A stretch of 64,000 bases of DNA, from positions 92,566,001 through 92,630,000 of the forward strand of contig OX597816.1 of NCBI GenBank assembly GCA_951406725.2, in the 5' to 3' direction. A program made the position numbers and the translations under genes. Positions 42,186 through 57,033 of this stretch are shown in pieces. Position 1 is the first letter of the stretch. Every line of letters starts with the position of its first letter. Under the pieces are notes generated by a model. It worked only from the letters and a program-made list of their open reading frames with translations. It had not been told where the DNA came from and ran no database searches. The stretch is from Octopus vulgaris (lineage: Eukaryota).

Positions 42186-45100
42186 TGATTTGTTTCCATA
42201 AAGTGGCAAATCTTCCTTCCGCTGCATTGTTATTATAAAACCTTATAAAATAATCGGTTGTCTTTATAGGTTTAATTCAGCCTTTTTCTAAAGTAATTTT
42301 AGAGGTTAAACATACTTGAGAGAAATTTGGGGAGAGATTGTATGTTTTGTGCAACTAAATGTATGCAATTTCCACCAGCTTGGAGCTCAGTTATTTCCTT
42401 GCAGTAAGGATTATGTATTGCAAATTTTGTCAATATATGTAAGATAAAAATTTCGTAATTTATAATTTACTATAGAGAATATGATTCAATTAATCATGAA
42501 TAATAATATATATTTCGGCTTACGCTAAAATTAATTTCGTGTTATTACCACAAAATGTACGACACATGTAAAACAAATAATGGTTTACGATAATGGCCTA
42601 GCTTGATAGTGTTCGGCTTCGGTACAGTATTATAGACCATGCTTAGATATGTATTCTTAAATAGAATTACATTATTGTGTTCGTTATACTTGCATGTATA
42701 AACAACAAATATTGATTACACAAAAGCAAAAATACAGATATGTAGATTGATTTAAGAACATTCGAAAGGGTCTATATATACTGATATTGTAGATAGATAA
42801 GAATAGAGAAAAGAGAGAGAGAGTGAGTGAGCGAGCGAGGGAGGCAGAGAAAAAGAGAGAGAGAGAACAGGGCGGTGTATTTGGTATAAAATATGTTATA
42901 TCACGAACGTTATCTTTGAATTGAAATAAGCATATGTCTTTTATAGATGCGAAGTTAAAGAAACATCAAAGGGTAACGATAAGGCGTGTACATAAAATTC
43001 TACTCCACAACTATTTATATTCCATTGGGAGAAAATAATAGTCATAAATATAGGGTTCTTGTACAAAATTATTTCTTCAACAAATATATTTGAAAATTAA
43101 CAAATGGTTATATATTGTCAGAAAGACAATATTTTCCCCTTATAGAATAGCAAATTATTACTGAAGAAATAAATGTAATATATTATGTGTTCTTAAAAGA
43201 CGTGCGCCGTAGAAACAAGCTGCAATATCGCGATTTCTATTATTTGATCTTTATTTAGTCCTGCTGCACTAATTAACATTACGTAATAGCATAAAAGTAT
43301 TGCGCGTCACAATCTCTTGTTTGCATACATTAAGATAATACACTTTGTATTTATATATAATCAATGCTGATTTTGTCCCCTATTTATTAAATCTATTGTC
43401 ATATCATTATTGACCAAATTATTGACTACTTCTACATGAGTTAATTAAAATTACATTATTTTCTAGTGGTTTACTATTTGCCGTCGAAATCATATTCTCA
43501 ATTTAGAGAGCAAAATAACTTTTAGCTTCAAGTTTTGTTCTATTCATTGAAATATTTGATGGTAAGACTTCCCACAACTTAGAAAGAGTTGAGTAGGCAA
43601 CATTCTATAGCAATAACCGGTCGATTAAAACGTGAAATTCAACAATAGACAGCAAATTGCGTCCTACAACTAAACACTTATCTTTTTTCTTAATTCTGCA
43701 TTACTGGAAATTAAGATGCAGACACTGAGTTAATTGATCATCCTATCCAAAACAAAGTTATTTTCCATTGGTTAAATAATTCAATGAAAACTACAACTAC
43801 TTAAGTATGATAAGCTACTCAATGAATTCAGTAAAACGTGAAGTATGTTAATGCAGCATTATAAGAAGGGTAACCTCCCTCATCGCTGGAGAATGAAAAT
43901 TCATGACAAAATCAATAGGTATTTCATCTCCTCGCTGCAGAAAAACATTACTGAATCTTTGGTTTCTATTAGACTAACATTTAAAGACACAGATTACTAC
44001 TACTCTCCTGCTTATAGTTTTCATTCCAGTAAACTGTACATTTTATTGAATTTCTCGTAATGAAAGTGGTCTTTTTCATAATTTTGCATATGTTAGTAAG
44101 AAAGAAGAGGCTATGTTCATGTTCTTTTTACTTTCTGCTAATATTGATGCAATATATGATTATTTTGAACATATGTAAGTCGGCTTTGTTCATGAAGAAA
44201 ACATGGATAGAGTAAGTCTTTGGGTGTAGCATGTAGTACGTGACCAAATTGTTTAACAACAGAAATATCGCTGTATTCGACTTTGCCTTTCATCCTTTTC
44301 GAGGTTAATAAAATAAGTATTAGTTGAGCACTGAGAATGATGTAATCAATTAACCCCCTCTCCGAAAAATCTGAGGCCTCGTGCCGTGCCTAAAGTAGAA
44401 AAAAATTATTTATAGCTACATATATTTTGATCTTCACTGTTAAAAACGAAATACGATTTATTTCATATTTCAGCTAGTTTCTAAAATTTATTTGATATCG
44501 GCAACAGAAAATTCCCAATGGTAAGAATAAAGCTTCTAAAATAATGATGGGAGAAAATTCGAAGTGTTGATTTGGCATAATGATACCACGTCTGTCACGT
44601 ATATGGAACTTGTGAGTTCAGGTCCCGTGGGTAGCCTTCGAGTTTTTCAATTAAAGGAATTTAACTCAATATTCCATACGCCATTATTTGTAGTTTATCA
44701 TCTTCGAGTTCCATTAAATCATTAAAAACTGGTTTCTTTCATATCTTTCAAAGTCTTTCAAATTCTTGATCTATATACACATTTATACACAACACACACA
44801 CACACACACACACACATTATATATATGTATATACGCATATAGCTATTACAAATATATGTGTACATATGTCTTATTGCACATTAGTTGCATGTGCGTCAGA
44901 TACATATTTTAATGAAATTTTCATCTGTTGTTGCTGTTGTTATTCCTTGACCGCATATTACTTCTAACTGAGCAGACTTTTCCAACCAGGAACTTTATTA
45001 TATGAAAAGAACAAATAAACACTCCTCCCCCCTACTAAAATAGTAGAGATAAAAAGTATCTAAATACAAAACTCGACATACTAGAAACAGCAGCTAAACG

Positions 45101-45848
45101 ACGAATCACGTTTTCAAGATTCTAGTTTCCCCTTTTTTTTCTTTGCCAGAGGGGTGGAGAGGGCCAAAATTAAAATTTTGGAAATGTGTTTTGGGGTTTT
45201 CAAAACCTTCAGTTTTTAAGTACGCTCCAAACGGAAAGTCCGACAAGCTAGAAACAACAGCCAAACCGAAGATTCACTTTCTAAATGCAAATTACAAATA
45301 AGAAAAAAAAATTTTGAAAAATGTAATTTTCTTATCGTGGTGTGTGTATATGCAAAAAGCTAATTTGTACATACCTCTCTTAATTCCAAAAGACCCTCAA
45401 CTTTCTATCACAGATGTGCTGGTGGAGTGGAGGGAGTGTTTATTTATTTTTGAAAATTTTAAATCTTACAATCTTTTTTTTTTCCAGAATCATAATCTCC
45501 GTATTTTTCTACGTATTTCGCCAAAAGACATTTCTAAAAAAAGTGAAAGATTACAGGGTGGGGTGAGGTAGGGGAAGGGGGCTTAAAAGTTTGAAATGCT
45601 GATTTTTTTTAAAGATTTGGTGTCTCCTCAGTCGAAAAGGTGAGTTTCTCTAGAAAAAAAAACGAAAGCGGGTGCGGTCCGTGTCCTTTACCTCCGCCAA
45701 TAAACTGTATGTTTATATATACACCTATTATTTTGAGGAAATTAATTCCCCCAAAATACTAGGTGTTGAACGAGTATTTCCTTGGATGAAACCATCCCTT
45801 CATGAGGTTAACGCATCTAATCGAATTTAATATAATATTATATAATAT

Positions 45849-45901
<53 letters not shown>

Positions 45902-47154
45902 TACACTGGTAGTTGTTAACAGTAATTTAAAGCGATATTATTATAAGTATTCGTTTATAAAATTTGCATTTATATTAACTAATGAAGTAGATTCATTAAT
46001 CTATGAATTAAACATTTTATTCTTCCTGATGTTCCTTATCATTTGTGATTTTAAAGCACTATTTAATTTTACTTCCAGCTTCTATCTCTTGGTCGTTCTC
46101 TAGTTATCAGCTACTTCTTTTTATGTTTGAGTTATCTATCTAATGTCTAGCGATTTACTTAATGAGTTTCAATTTTATTTTGCTGTTCAAAGTATGTAAG
46201 CATTTTCATATGCTGTTGTAATCAGCTGCCATTGATCTTAATTTCGCCCCCGGTGATGAAATTAAGAAATATATATATAAATATATTTATAGATCTAGAA
46301 CAGGTAAACTTTAGATTACCAGCAATACTACATTTTCTATAAGTATTCATTACAAAGATAAGATAGTGTGGAACTTAAATACTTATTTGTCGTCAGTCCT
46401 AATTTGGATGGTATTTACTTTCAAATAAAACACGTACTACTAAGACTGGTGTTGAATCATTTGATTATACATCATACCTCTTTCGTTTAAACCAAAGAAG
46501 AAAATCATTCTTCACATGTGGTAATACAACATGTTGCAAGAAGGTAAAAGCAGAGAAGAAACAGATTTAATGACTTAAAGCGTTACATCCACACTTTTAC
46601 ATTTTGAGTTCGAAATCCGTCGAGGTTAACTTGACTTGTCTTTCTTCTGGAATCTATATGATAATTAGTTAGATTCAGTTGACCGATTTTCTGTGACATT
46701 TGACGGGTTGCATAATAAGGTAGAATAATCAGTATCAAATATTAAAATAGAAGCTATTTGAATGAAAAAGCGTGGGACCTGAACACAGTGGTTTTGCAGC
46801 AGTAACACTATGTATTGTCTTTAATCGTGTGAGGACGTTAAATTATATATGCTACCTACACTCCAAGACCATTCTTGGTTATACTTACCATATATCAAAG
46901 CAAAGACATTCGAGTAGCTATAGGCGTTTAAAATCAAGTAAGTTAAAAATATAAACAGTCTAATAAAGACAAAATATTGATTTGACACGTATTAAGACTT
47001 AGTATTCCGATCTAATAAATCATCGAAACTCCTTAAATCCTGTAAACCCCCAAGAGGAGACTAAGACTTCTCGCATGAAACGCTACCGAAACTCAATGTC
47101 CTTCATATGTATGTCTCTATATATCTCTATGTAGCTATGTACATATATATATAT

Positions 47155-47199
<45 letters not shown>

Positions 47200-47217
47200 G
47201 TGTGTGTGCTTATGTGA

Positions 47218-47264
<47 letters not shown>

Positions 47265-47380
47265 GAGGGCATTATTATACATAGATGCCACACGCTAAGA
47301 GGGACAAAAAGTCATTTCTACCAAAAATTTTACTAATCCCACCGAATGCAATCTTTCAAAGCAAGACATTTAAAAAATAT

Positions 47381-47429
47381 AGACTTGTATCACCTGTGAT
47401 TTCGTACTTATGTACTCTTCAGCAAGCCT
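47381..47429 (-). ncRNA. Type I hammerhead ribozyme, copy 1
   Basis: aggcttg-CTGAAGA-gtac(ataa)gtac-GAAA-tcac(ag)gtga-TA-caagtct. All conserved core nucleotides present, stem I 7 bp (one G-U), stem II 4 bp. Confidence 0.9.
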
Positions 47430-47837
47430 GAACGTATCATTCATAAACGACCCTGTCTCGTCGAAGTCAAGCAGCTAACTGTTCAACTTCAACGAAGCAC
47501 ATGGGGGAGTTTACATATATTACATCCGGTAAATGGCAGGCTTCTTCGAATTGCATTTCGGATAGGAAAAGTTTTTTCGGAATAAAATTATTTAGCAATT
47601 AAGGACAACTTCTTAATAAGGAATCTTAATAAGAAATTATCAGGTAGATAGCGTGAAAAACCTCATAAGAGAAAAATTTCGAAAATAATTCTTTCTTATT
47701 GAACGTATTAATTTATATATAGAGGGCATTATTATACATCGATGCCACACGCTAAGAGGGACAAAAAGTCATTTCTACCAAAAATTTTACTACTCCCACC
47801 GAATGCAATCTTTCAAAGCAAGACATTAAAAAAATAT

Positions 47838-47886
47838 AGACTTGTATCACCTGTGATTTCGTACTTATGTACTCTTCAGCAAGCCT
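47838..47886 (-). ncRNA. Type I hammerhead ribozyme, copy 2
   Basis: Identical to copy 1, 457 nt away, same orientation. Confidence 0.9.
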
Positions 47887-48093
47887 GAACGTATCATACA
47901 TAAACGACCCTGTCTCGTCGAAGTCAAGCATAAATAATTTTATTCCGAAAAAACTTTTCCCTCCGAAATGCAATTCGAAGAAGCCTGCCATTTACCGGAT
48001 GTAATATATGTAAACTCCCCATGTGCTTCGTTGAAGTTGAACAATTAGCTGCTTGACTTCGACGAGACAGGGTCGTTTATGTATGATACGTTC

Positions 48094-48142
48094 AGGCTTG
48101 CTGAAGAGTACATAAGTACGAAATCACACGTGATACAAGTCT
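48094..48142 (+). ncRNA. Type I hammerhead ribozyme, copy 3
   Basis: aggcttg-CTGAAGA-gtacataagtac-GAAA-tcac(ac)gtga-TA-caagtct. The only difference is in the stem III loop. Confidence 0.9.
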
Positions 48143-48384
48143 ATATTTTTTAAATGTCTTGCTTTGAAAGATTGCATTCGGTGGGATTAGTAAAATTTTT
48201 GGTAGAAATGACTTTTTGTCCCTCTTAGCGTGTGGCATCTATGTATAATAATGCCCTCTATATATAAATTAATATGTTCAATAAGAAAGAATTATTTTCG
48301 AAACTTTTCTCTTATGAGGTTTTTCACGCTATCTACCTGATAATTTCTTATTAAGATTCCTTATTAAGAAGTTGTCCTTAATTG

Positions 48385-48500
<116 letters not shown>

Positions 48501-48515
48501 TTATATATATATGAA

Positions 48516-48660
48516 GGCGCATAGCTCAGTGGTTAGAGCGTCGGGCTTACGATCGTGAGGTTGTCAGTTCGATTCCCAGACCGGCTTGCGTGTTGTGTTC
48601 TTGAGCAAGACACTTTATTTCACGTTGCTCCAATTCACTCACCTGTAGAAATGAGTTGCA
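48516..48660 (+). mobile_element. tRNA-derived SINE (family C)
   Basis: A box TAGCTCAGTGG and B box GTTCGATTCC, then GTGTTGTGTTCTTGAGCAAGACACTT. Degenerate copy at ~51765-51870. Confidence 0.85.
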
Positions 48661-48801
48661 TTCGAAGGTTATAATTGACACACATTTGTGTGTCACGTAG
48701 CTAGCTAGAGGCGATGGCCTCTCGGAGCTAATCAACGGCAGCATTCATCCTATTTCTCTAGACTGCCATATTAGCATGGCGATAAATATACATACGTACA
48801 T

Positions 48802-49085
48802 AGGAGTGGCTGTGTGGTAAGTAGCTTGCTTACCAACCACATGGTTCCGGGTTCAGTCCCACTGCGTGGCATCTTGGGCAAGTGTCTTCTGCTATAGACT
48901 CCGGCCGACCAATTCCTTGCGAGTGGATTTGGTAGACGGAAACTGAAAGAAGCCTGTCGTATATATGTATATATGTATATATATATGTGTGTGTATAAGT
49001 TTGTGTGTCTGTGTTTGTCCCCCTAGCATTGCTTGACAACAGATGCTGGTGTATTTACGTCCCCGTCACTTAGCGGTTCGGCAAA
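48802..49085 (+). mobile_element. tRNA-derived SINE (family A), 3' truncated
   Basis: Highly similar to 6066-6340. Confidence 0.9.
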
Positions 49086-49105
49086 GTATGTATACGTACA
49101 TATAC

Positions 49106-49355
<250 letters not shown>

Positions 49356-49531
49356 GTTTTGCTTGAAGGTATATTCAACTACTGTTTGAATAGACACCCA
49401 GTAAAAGGAAATTATACATTTGATTCTTCGTTTATTATTCAGGATCCCTGTCAGTAAATCTTCTATAGATACTCTTAAAGTTGTTATAGAAATAAGCACA
49501 GAAACACAAACACCTACATATGTACGATATT

Positions 49532-49592
<61 letters not shown>

Positions 49593-51416
49593 AACATACA
49601 TACACACTTCTTCATATGCGTGAATGAGCAAGTATGCCTAAATGTAATTTCATACCATCTCATAATGCATACATAGCAAATTAACAACCGTGAAATCTAC
49701 TAAACAATATTTATTACTCATGGCTTCATAAGAATGCAGAACGGAGACAAACAAACATACAAACATTCATATAATTTAATTCTGTATTTCATTATAAATT
49801 ATTTGTGTTGTGTCTCTGCTCTGGTTCCGGGAGAAGGAGAAGCTACTGATATAGTAAATGCAATTTTGCATCTAGTCTTTCAATTAATGTTGTAAACAAC
49901 TACTTGTAAACCTCGCATTTAAAGCGAAATTATATTGTTATAGGAAAAATAGTTTAACCTTCAAATAGCGTTAAATTTTCATGAGGACATAAAAATGTAC
50001 TTAAATTATATGGCCTTCTTTAGTAATTAGACTCATGTATATCCAGAAAGCACATATGTCTAAATATTACCTCGAGCCGTGAATAACCTAAGTACTAATC
50101 ATGGGATACAGAAATGTCACACCTTGCTGAAGTAAACTTCATAGACAAATGTAAATCATAAAGCTAGCTACTCTCTGGATGTCAAAGTTTTTAAAATCTA
50201 TATAACTGCTGAGACTTTACAAAATTAAATGCATGGTATTTGAGAGCATTTTTCATAAAACAGTGTTACTGCGACTCACTAGCATTTTGTATCATACAAA
50301 AACTAATGTTGACTTTCAAATATTCGTTAAGTAGCACGCTGTAATTGAAACTTAGAATGATGTAGACATAACTTACCTTTCTTCAGTTAATAAGAGAGTA
50401 TTTGAATTTCTGAACCGTTAATGTTTTTTTATCTCTGTAGGTTATATGCAGGAGCTCTCTCCACTCTTCTTTCTATCACATGAAATTTATTTTACGGAAG
50501 AGTCTCTGATTTACTGAATTCTTCCTTTTTTAACCGTCATTCCCTGAATCTCTTTGTCAATTTCGTTATTTTACAGGAATTCAGTTTGAGCATCATAAGC
50601 ATCAATATCATGATTGGATTGTTTCTCCTACTCGGAAAAATGATTCAACATGGGACGGAATTGATGAATAGTATCTACAAATATATATTTGCCATTGTTA
50701 CTTTAAATATGCATCATGATTGAATGTGTATTATAGAGTATTGTGGAGCTAATCCCTTATGATTCCTAATTTCGTTATTCAACTAATACAATTGAAGTTC
50801 TTGAAAAAGGTATTAGTATCAATTTTTTTCCAGATCATTTCTGTATCAATACTTAATCCTATGTCTAATAAATCATTTATATAGAATATCCTTAACAGTA
50901 TGACACGTTATTTTATATATACATTCTGAATTTGTTTTATACGAAGGTAGCATCTATACCTGTTACTATTTCCATGGATTATAATACCATTTTTGTCTCC
51001 CATATCCATGTTAGTTTCTGGAAATGTATTATCATTCCTGATACTATTCATAAATAATTAGATACCACTTTTACTTCAAAAATAAGTTGTAGTTATAACT
51101 GTAATATCATTATCAGTTATATTCATATTAGTTCTGCAAATTTCCCATTCTATTATTATTGTTAGATACTTGGACAGTACTCTTTATTTAAGTAATAATC
51201 TGTAAAGATATCTGGAAACATCAGTTGCCTTTATACTTTATATTTTAAGCAAAGAACATACATATTATTCTTAAAGAATACTAGTAACTGAACATTTCAA
51301 ATTACAGCAGGCGGTGATAATAGGTGTAGGAGAAGAGTATTTTACTACAAACGCTCAAATGGCTACGCAGTACGTACTGAGATAAAATAGTCGGAGTAAT
51401 ATTGTTTTTCAAATTA

Positions 51417-51630
51417 GGCGGCGAGCTGGCAGAAACGGTAGCACGCCGGGCGAAATGCTCAGTGGTATTTCGTCTGCCGTTAAATTCTGAGTTCAAATTC
51501 CGCCGAGGTCGTCTTTGCCTTTAATACATTCGGGGTCGATAAATTTAGTATCAGTTGCGTACTGGGATCGATCTAATCGACTGGCCTCTCCTACCAAATT
51601 TCGAGCCTTGGCCTAGAGTAGAAAAGAATA
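51417..51630 (+). mobile_element. SINE family B (tRNA-like head plus Deu/Nin-like central domain)
   Basis: GGCGGCGAGCTGGCAGAA...GAGTTCAAATTCC...TTTGCCTTT...TTCGGGGTCGATAAA. Multiple copies in the window. Confidence 0.85.
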
Positions 51631-52351
51631 TTGACTTCAAATTTTGGAACAAAGTCAGTAATTTCGGGGGAGGGGGTAAGTTGATTACATCGCCCCAGTC
51701 CTTTTTTTTAATGACACCGAAATGATGAAAGGTACAGTGGGCATCGGAATGGTTCGAGTGATATTATAGTGGTTAGGGTGTTGTACTCGTGATTGCGAGA
51801 TCGTGCTTTCAATTCCTAGTCAGAGTGGTGCGTTGTGTTCTTGGGCAATACACTTCATCTCACGTTGTTCTGTGATCACTTCGACACCTGACGTGTAGTA
51901 CACTGTGCACCTGTTCAGAGAACGTCGACTTGATGGACGGATGGAGCAAATGTACAGCACATAAACTTGATCTCCATAAAGCAATCACTTGAGGAGGTCG
52001 TTCGACTAAAAGCTTGTACGCTCATACATCATCTTCGACGGGAGAGTTCATCATATATATACATATATATATATATATATCAAGATGTTACAATGATTCT
52101 TGTGGGTTATGTAACAACGCCGAAAATGTAATTTACCCTGAAAATACAGAAGGAAAATATTTTCCATTGTGTAAAGGATCACAAAACGTACGTACATTGG
52201 CAAACAATATATCATATATAATGAACAACGCACATATGTATATATATATGTGTGTGTATGTGTGTGTGTGTGTGTGAGCGTGTGCGTATGTGTGTGTATG
52301 TGTATGTGTGTATGTGTGTATTTGGTTCTGTGCCTGTGTGTGCATATGTGT

Positions 52352-52412
<61 letters not shown>

Positions 52413-53779
52413 CATACACACATACAGACACGTGTTTATCGTATATATGTTGGTAATATGCATGACTGTGTATATGTGTGTATGTACATTTATGATAAAG
52501 AGCAAAATTTATTTATTCCATTCCCCAAATAATTTTCCTTTCATGCAATTCAGAAAAAGGGAATATGGTTTTAAAATCAGTTGAAATGTAAGAAAATACT
52601 GTTCAAAACGAGAGGTATCGCTTTATTCTAGATCTGAAGTGGTGCACTAATTATCTGGCGAAACTGTCAGATCGATAATTTCTGAATACTTCGAATTGAT
52701 GTTGTTCTATAGAGTGAATTGCTTGTTGCAAGATATTGAAAATATTATTGATTAAACATTCGCTCATTCTAACATGACTTTCTCAGCTACAAGGGAAAAT
52801 ATCTGATATAAGTATAAGCTTTACTTTCAGTTTGCTAACAGGATTGTGGCCTTGCTGCAAAACTGTTTTAATTGAAGCAGATAACTATCCGACGGAGTCT
52901 ATAGTTCCTTAACCGTGATACTACTTTATTATAAAATCTATAAGATTATTTAGGGAAAAAGAGTAGCTTTTGTACGAATTTTTAACATAGGTGATTCTAG
53001 ACGAAACCTATATATGGTTATTACAATTCCTTCATATATCGATTACAGCTCCCTGTTTCATAGTAAATAGTGCAATAGTTGTAAACCGAGGCGGTAGCGC
53101 TCCCATATAATTGAGAGTGTTGTAGCTCACAGCGGGCGATACGTACAAATAAGACGTTAAGGGGGAAACCACGGAGTGTTAATTTCTCTCTAGAAATATA
53201 TTCAAACCAGGTACAATATTCGTTTTTAATTAATTAGTGACAGACGTAAACTGTCACATGATTTAGAACCACCATCTGACACTTTGGGTACCTTTAGAAG
53301 AGTTCACTTAGAAGCATATATGCCAAATATCTGTTTTTTTTAGTTCTTCCTTCCTTCTTTCACCAGGTCTTGAGACCCTGTAAAACATAAGATAAATTCA
53401 CGAAATGTTTGTCGGGACTAAAAAATGTGCAATATATTGTGATATCAGAGATGAATGAGGTACTAAAGTTCAATTCAATTTTGTCCGAGTTATATGTCTA
53501 TATGTATGCATCTATTGTTTTAGGGATCTTTTCCTTTTGATGGGCAACTCAATTAATTGCTTTTCTTTAACTAAACACTTTGAAACTTCGTATACTGGTA
53601 GAATGTGTCATACAGAATATCTTTTACTCTTAGCGTTGTTGAGAAAAGGTTCTATTTTCGAAGTTATTTCGTGTTTAAGTTGTCGTGTTTCGATAATTTC
53701 AACCAATCAATGACGTGTGTTCAGCTGAATAAAATTACTGCTGTTATTTGTCAACAACAACTTCTGGCGGTGTATATTT

Positions 53780-54733
53780 CCATGACATGAAAGAAGTTTA
53801 TGGTGGCGATGCACCATCATATGACGTAATCATGTACAGGCATCGCCAGTTCATATGTGCTCGGACACCGGTGGAAACTGATCCTATTCCTGGACAACCA
53901 CATTCCGCCATTTATGACGATACCATCCATAAAGTGCGAGCCGACATTTTGGAGGATCACCGCATAACTATTCGGCAACTAGCCCAATAAGTTAAATAAG
54001 TGTAGCGTCTGTGGAAAAAATCATTCACGACCATTTGCACATACGGAAGTTGTCTGTACGATGGATTTCCCAGATGTTCACATCTTTTCAGAACCAGGAT
54101 CAAGTCAATTGCTCCCAAACTCATTTGGCAATATGCCAAGAAAACGAGGAGGACTTTTTCGATAAAATTATCGCACAGAATGGAACATGGGTCCATCACT
54201 ATGATCTTGAGATTAAAGTCCCGTTGAAGCAATGAAAGCATGCTAGCTCACCATCTCCAAAGAAGGCTCGTGTCCAACCTTCATCACACAAGGTAATGCT
54301 AATCGTCCTTTGGGAGCAGCTCGGAGTAGTGATGATGGATTTTCTGGTAAGGTGTACCACAATTAACAGGGCAAATTATACTTCTCTGCTACAGAAATTA
54401 TGGGACTGCATCAAAGCAAGAACGCATGGCATGCTGACCAATGTCATCCGCCTCCTCCAAAACAACGCCCCAGTTCACAATGCTCATGTTAACAAGATGA
54501 AAGCATACTCCTGAGGTTATGAAATCCTTACTCAATGCCCCCACTCTCCCACCTCGCATTATCAACCAAGAAGTCGTTTTTGAAGGGAAAGCACTTTCTG
54601 TATGATGAACTTATTTCTGAGGTAATGTCTTGGCTCTAGACGCAATCTACCGACTTCTACAGATGAGCCCTTCACAGCTGCATAAAGCAATGAGAGAGGT
54701 GTGTGATTATTTGGTGGCTATGTAGAGGACTAA
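53780..54733 (+). pseudogene. Degenerate mariner transposase, same family as 39209-40491
   Basis: MKEVYGGDAPSYDV, ILEDHRITIRQLA, IIHDHLHIRKLSVRWI, GTWVHHYD and LLQNNAPVH. Many stops, TIRs not found. Confidence 0.9.
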
Positions 54734-54747
54734 TAATTATGGCAAAT

Positions 54748-55175
54748 GGCGGTGAGTTGGCAGAAATGTTAGCACGCCGGGCGAAATGCGTAGCCGTATT
54801 TCTTCAGCCGTTACGTTCTGAGCTCAAATTCCGCCGAGTCGACTTTGCCTTTCTTCCTTTTGGGGTCGATAAATTAAGTACCAGTTACGCACCGGGGTCG
54901 ATATAATCGACTTAATCCGTTTGTCTGTCCTTGTTTGTCCCCTCTGTGTATAGCCCCTTGTGGGCAGTAAAGAAATAAGAAATGTTAGCACGCCGTACAA
55001 AATGTTTAGCGGCATTTCGTCTGTCTTTACATTGTGTATACAAATTCTGCCGAGGTCAACTTTGCCTTTCATCCTTAATTAATAAATTAAGTACCAGTTG
55101 CGTACTGGAGTCGATCTAATCGACTGGCCCTTTCCCCAAAATTTCGGGCCTTGTGCCGAGAGTAGAAAAGAATTA
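54748..55175 (+). mobile_element. SINE family B, tandem pair
   Basis: Two consecutive copies (54748-~54980 and ~54981-55175), homologous to 51417. Confidence 0.85.
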
Positions 55176-55241
55176 TTATGGCAAGTTTCGTTTATCTCAC
55201 TCCTTGGGAAGTGGGTCAGGGGAAATCTTTAATAACCCTTC

Positions 55242-55349
<108 letters not shown>

Positions 55350-56660
55350 ATAATGTGTATAAGTCAACATGCATGGTAAACAACGAACGGAACCCACAGA
55401 ATCGGACTTGATCATAAATAAGGATATCATGCAAATTATCAACACTTATTCCACAAAATGGAAGCACAAAGAACTACCTTACAGGAACTGGAAAAACAAT
55501 CGACAGATACGAAATATATATGTACAAATCTACATTCAGAAATCAAGGATTTATTTGAGACCCTATCAAAAGTGGTAAAAACTCCAAGAGAAAGTCTAAC
55601 AGCCAGAATGGATACAAGAACAAATTTAGAAAACGAAGCCTATCGAAAAAGAAAACAAATTTGGGCGACGAGGAAAAAACTTCTTAATATACGTAAACAG
55701 AATTTTTGGAAGCCGTACAAATGTAAAAAAAAAATATGCTGAGATATACACTGACTGGATTGAGTCAGCGTACCCACACTATCTCTTAAATTCTTAATTA
55801 AAGAAATTATAGGAGAACCGGGTTAAGAAACAAAACTAAGATGGGTACTGACTATATCAAAAGTAAAGACAGACAGTGGAGAATATCGAAAATAGCCACA
55901 GGAAATATAGCTGAGAAGATGAAAGAGATGTGGGTTAAAGATGTTACAATCGAAGAAAGTAAATCAAGGCATTTATGTTAAAAGAAAGAGTTGTTTCTTA
56001 ATAAATATGCTGAAAACTACGGTAATGACACCTCAGTACCACGTAAAAGAAATATAAGGAAGCAACTTAACCAACACAACATACACAAAAACGCGTGTCT
56101 ACGAAAATAGTCAACCACCAGGAACTACGGTAAGAACTTTCTCAATACACGTAACATACAAGAATACCATGAACAAAACAAACACTTCTTTGATCAAAAC
56201 GTTAGTAAACAAACCAATAATTCATTTGATCAAAATATTAGAGGAAGAAAAACCAGGAAGAAATCACATGCAAGACCTCAACGAAAATCGCCTATTAGAA
56301 ATAGAATAAAAATCCATACTAGGCCGTCAAACAGACCCAAAAAATTCTTTTCATAAACGGAAAATATAAATAATATACACATGAAACAAGAGAAAAGATA
56401 TACCTAACCAAACACCACAACCAAAATACAAAGCTCACCAGAGAAAAGATGTTAATAATAGAAGGAATAATAGACAAAAAGGAATCTATTTTTTAGGGTC
56501 AAGGCAACAAACACCAGAGAAACAAAAGGTTCAGGAAGAAACAACTGTGAAACAACTGATAGGATAGATCCTAAAATCATTAATCTGTCAAAAAGAAATA
56601 AAGACAGTAACAAGCTTCGATTATTGATGAAATGATTAAAATTCACACCTACGCCTATAG
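55350..56660 (+). mobile_element. Penelope-like element ORF fragment (N-terminal region up to the start of RT), decayed
   Basis: 56576-56656 translates IINLSKRNKDSNKLRLLMK*LKFTPTP, matching the PLE pre-RT motif (V/I)xNLS...LLxKGLxFxPTP. Upstream is A-rich and coding-like. Truncated next to a SINE. Confidence 0.7.
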
Positions 56661-56673
56661 TCAACCACCTGGA

Positions 56674-56965
56674 CTCTTTTGTCGAACCGCTAAGTTACGG
56701 GGGACGTAAACACACCAGCGTCGGTTGTCAAGCGATGTTGGAGAGACAAACACAGACACACAAGCATATACTGACACACATACATATATATATATACATA
56801 TATATGACAAGCTTCTTTCAGTTTCCCTCTACCAAATCCACTCACAAGGCTTTGGTCGGCCCGAGGCTATAGTAGAAGAACTTGCCCAAGGTGCCACGCA
56901 GTGGGATTGAACCCGGAACCATGTAGTTGGTAAGCAAGCTACTTACCACTCAGCGACTCCTGTGC
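56674..56965 (-). mobile_element. tRNA-derived SINE (family A)
   Basis: Reverse complement of the 6066 and 48802 copies. Confidence 0.9.
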
Positions 56966-57033
56966 TTTGATCACGAAATACATATAGTTACCAGAGCTTT
57001 TATGTTGACACTTAAGTATGGTATTAAATTTTT

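Noticed and set aside
48516-48590. tRNA-like sequence
   Set aside because: The acceptor stem does not close, and it continues into a SINE body with another copy at ~51765. It is a SINE head, not a tRNA gene.
52632-52674. CTGAAGT...GAAACTGTC hammerhead-like spacing
   Set aside because: Core A9 is missing and stems I and II are not formed. A simple GATCTGA/TCAGATC inverted repeat explains it.
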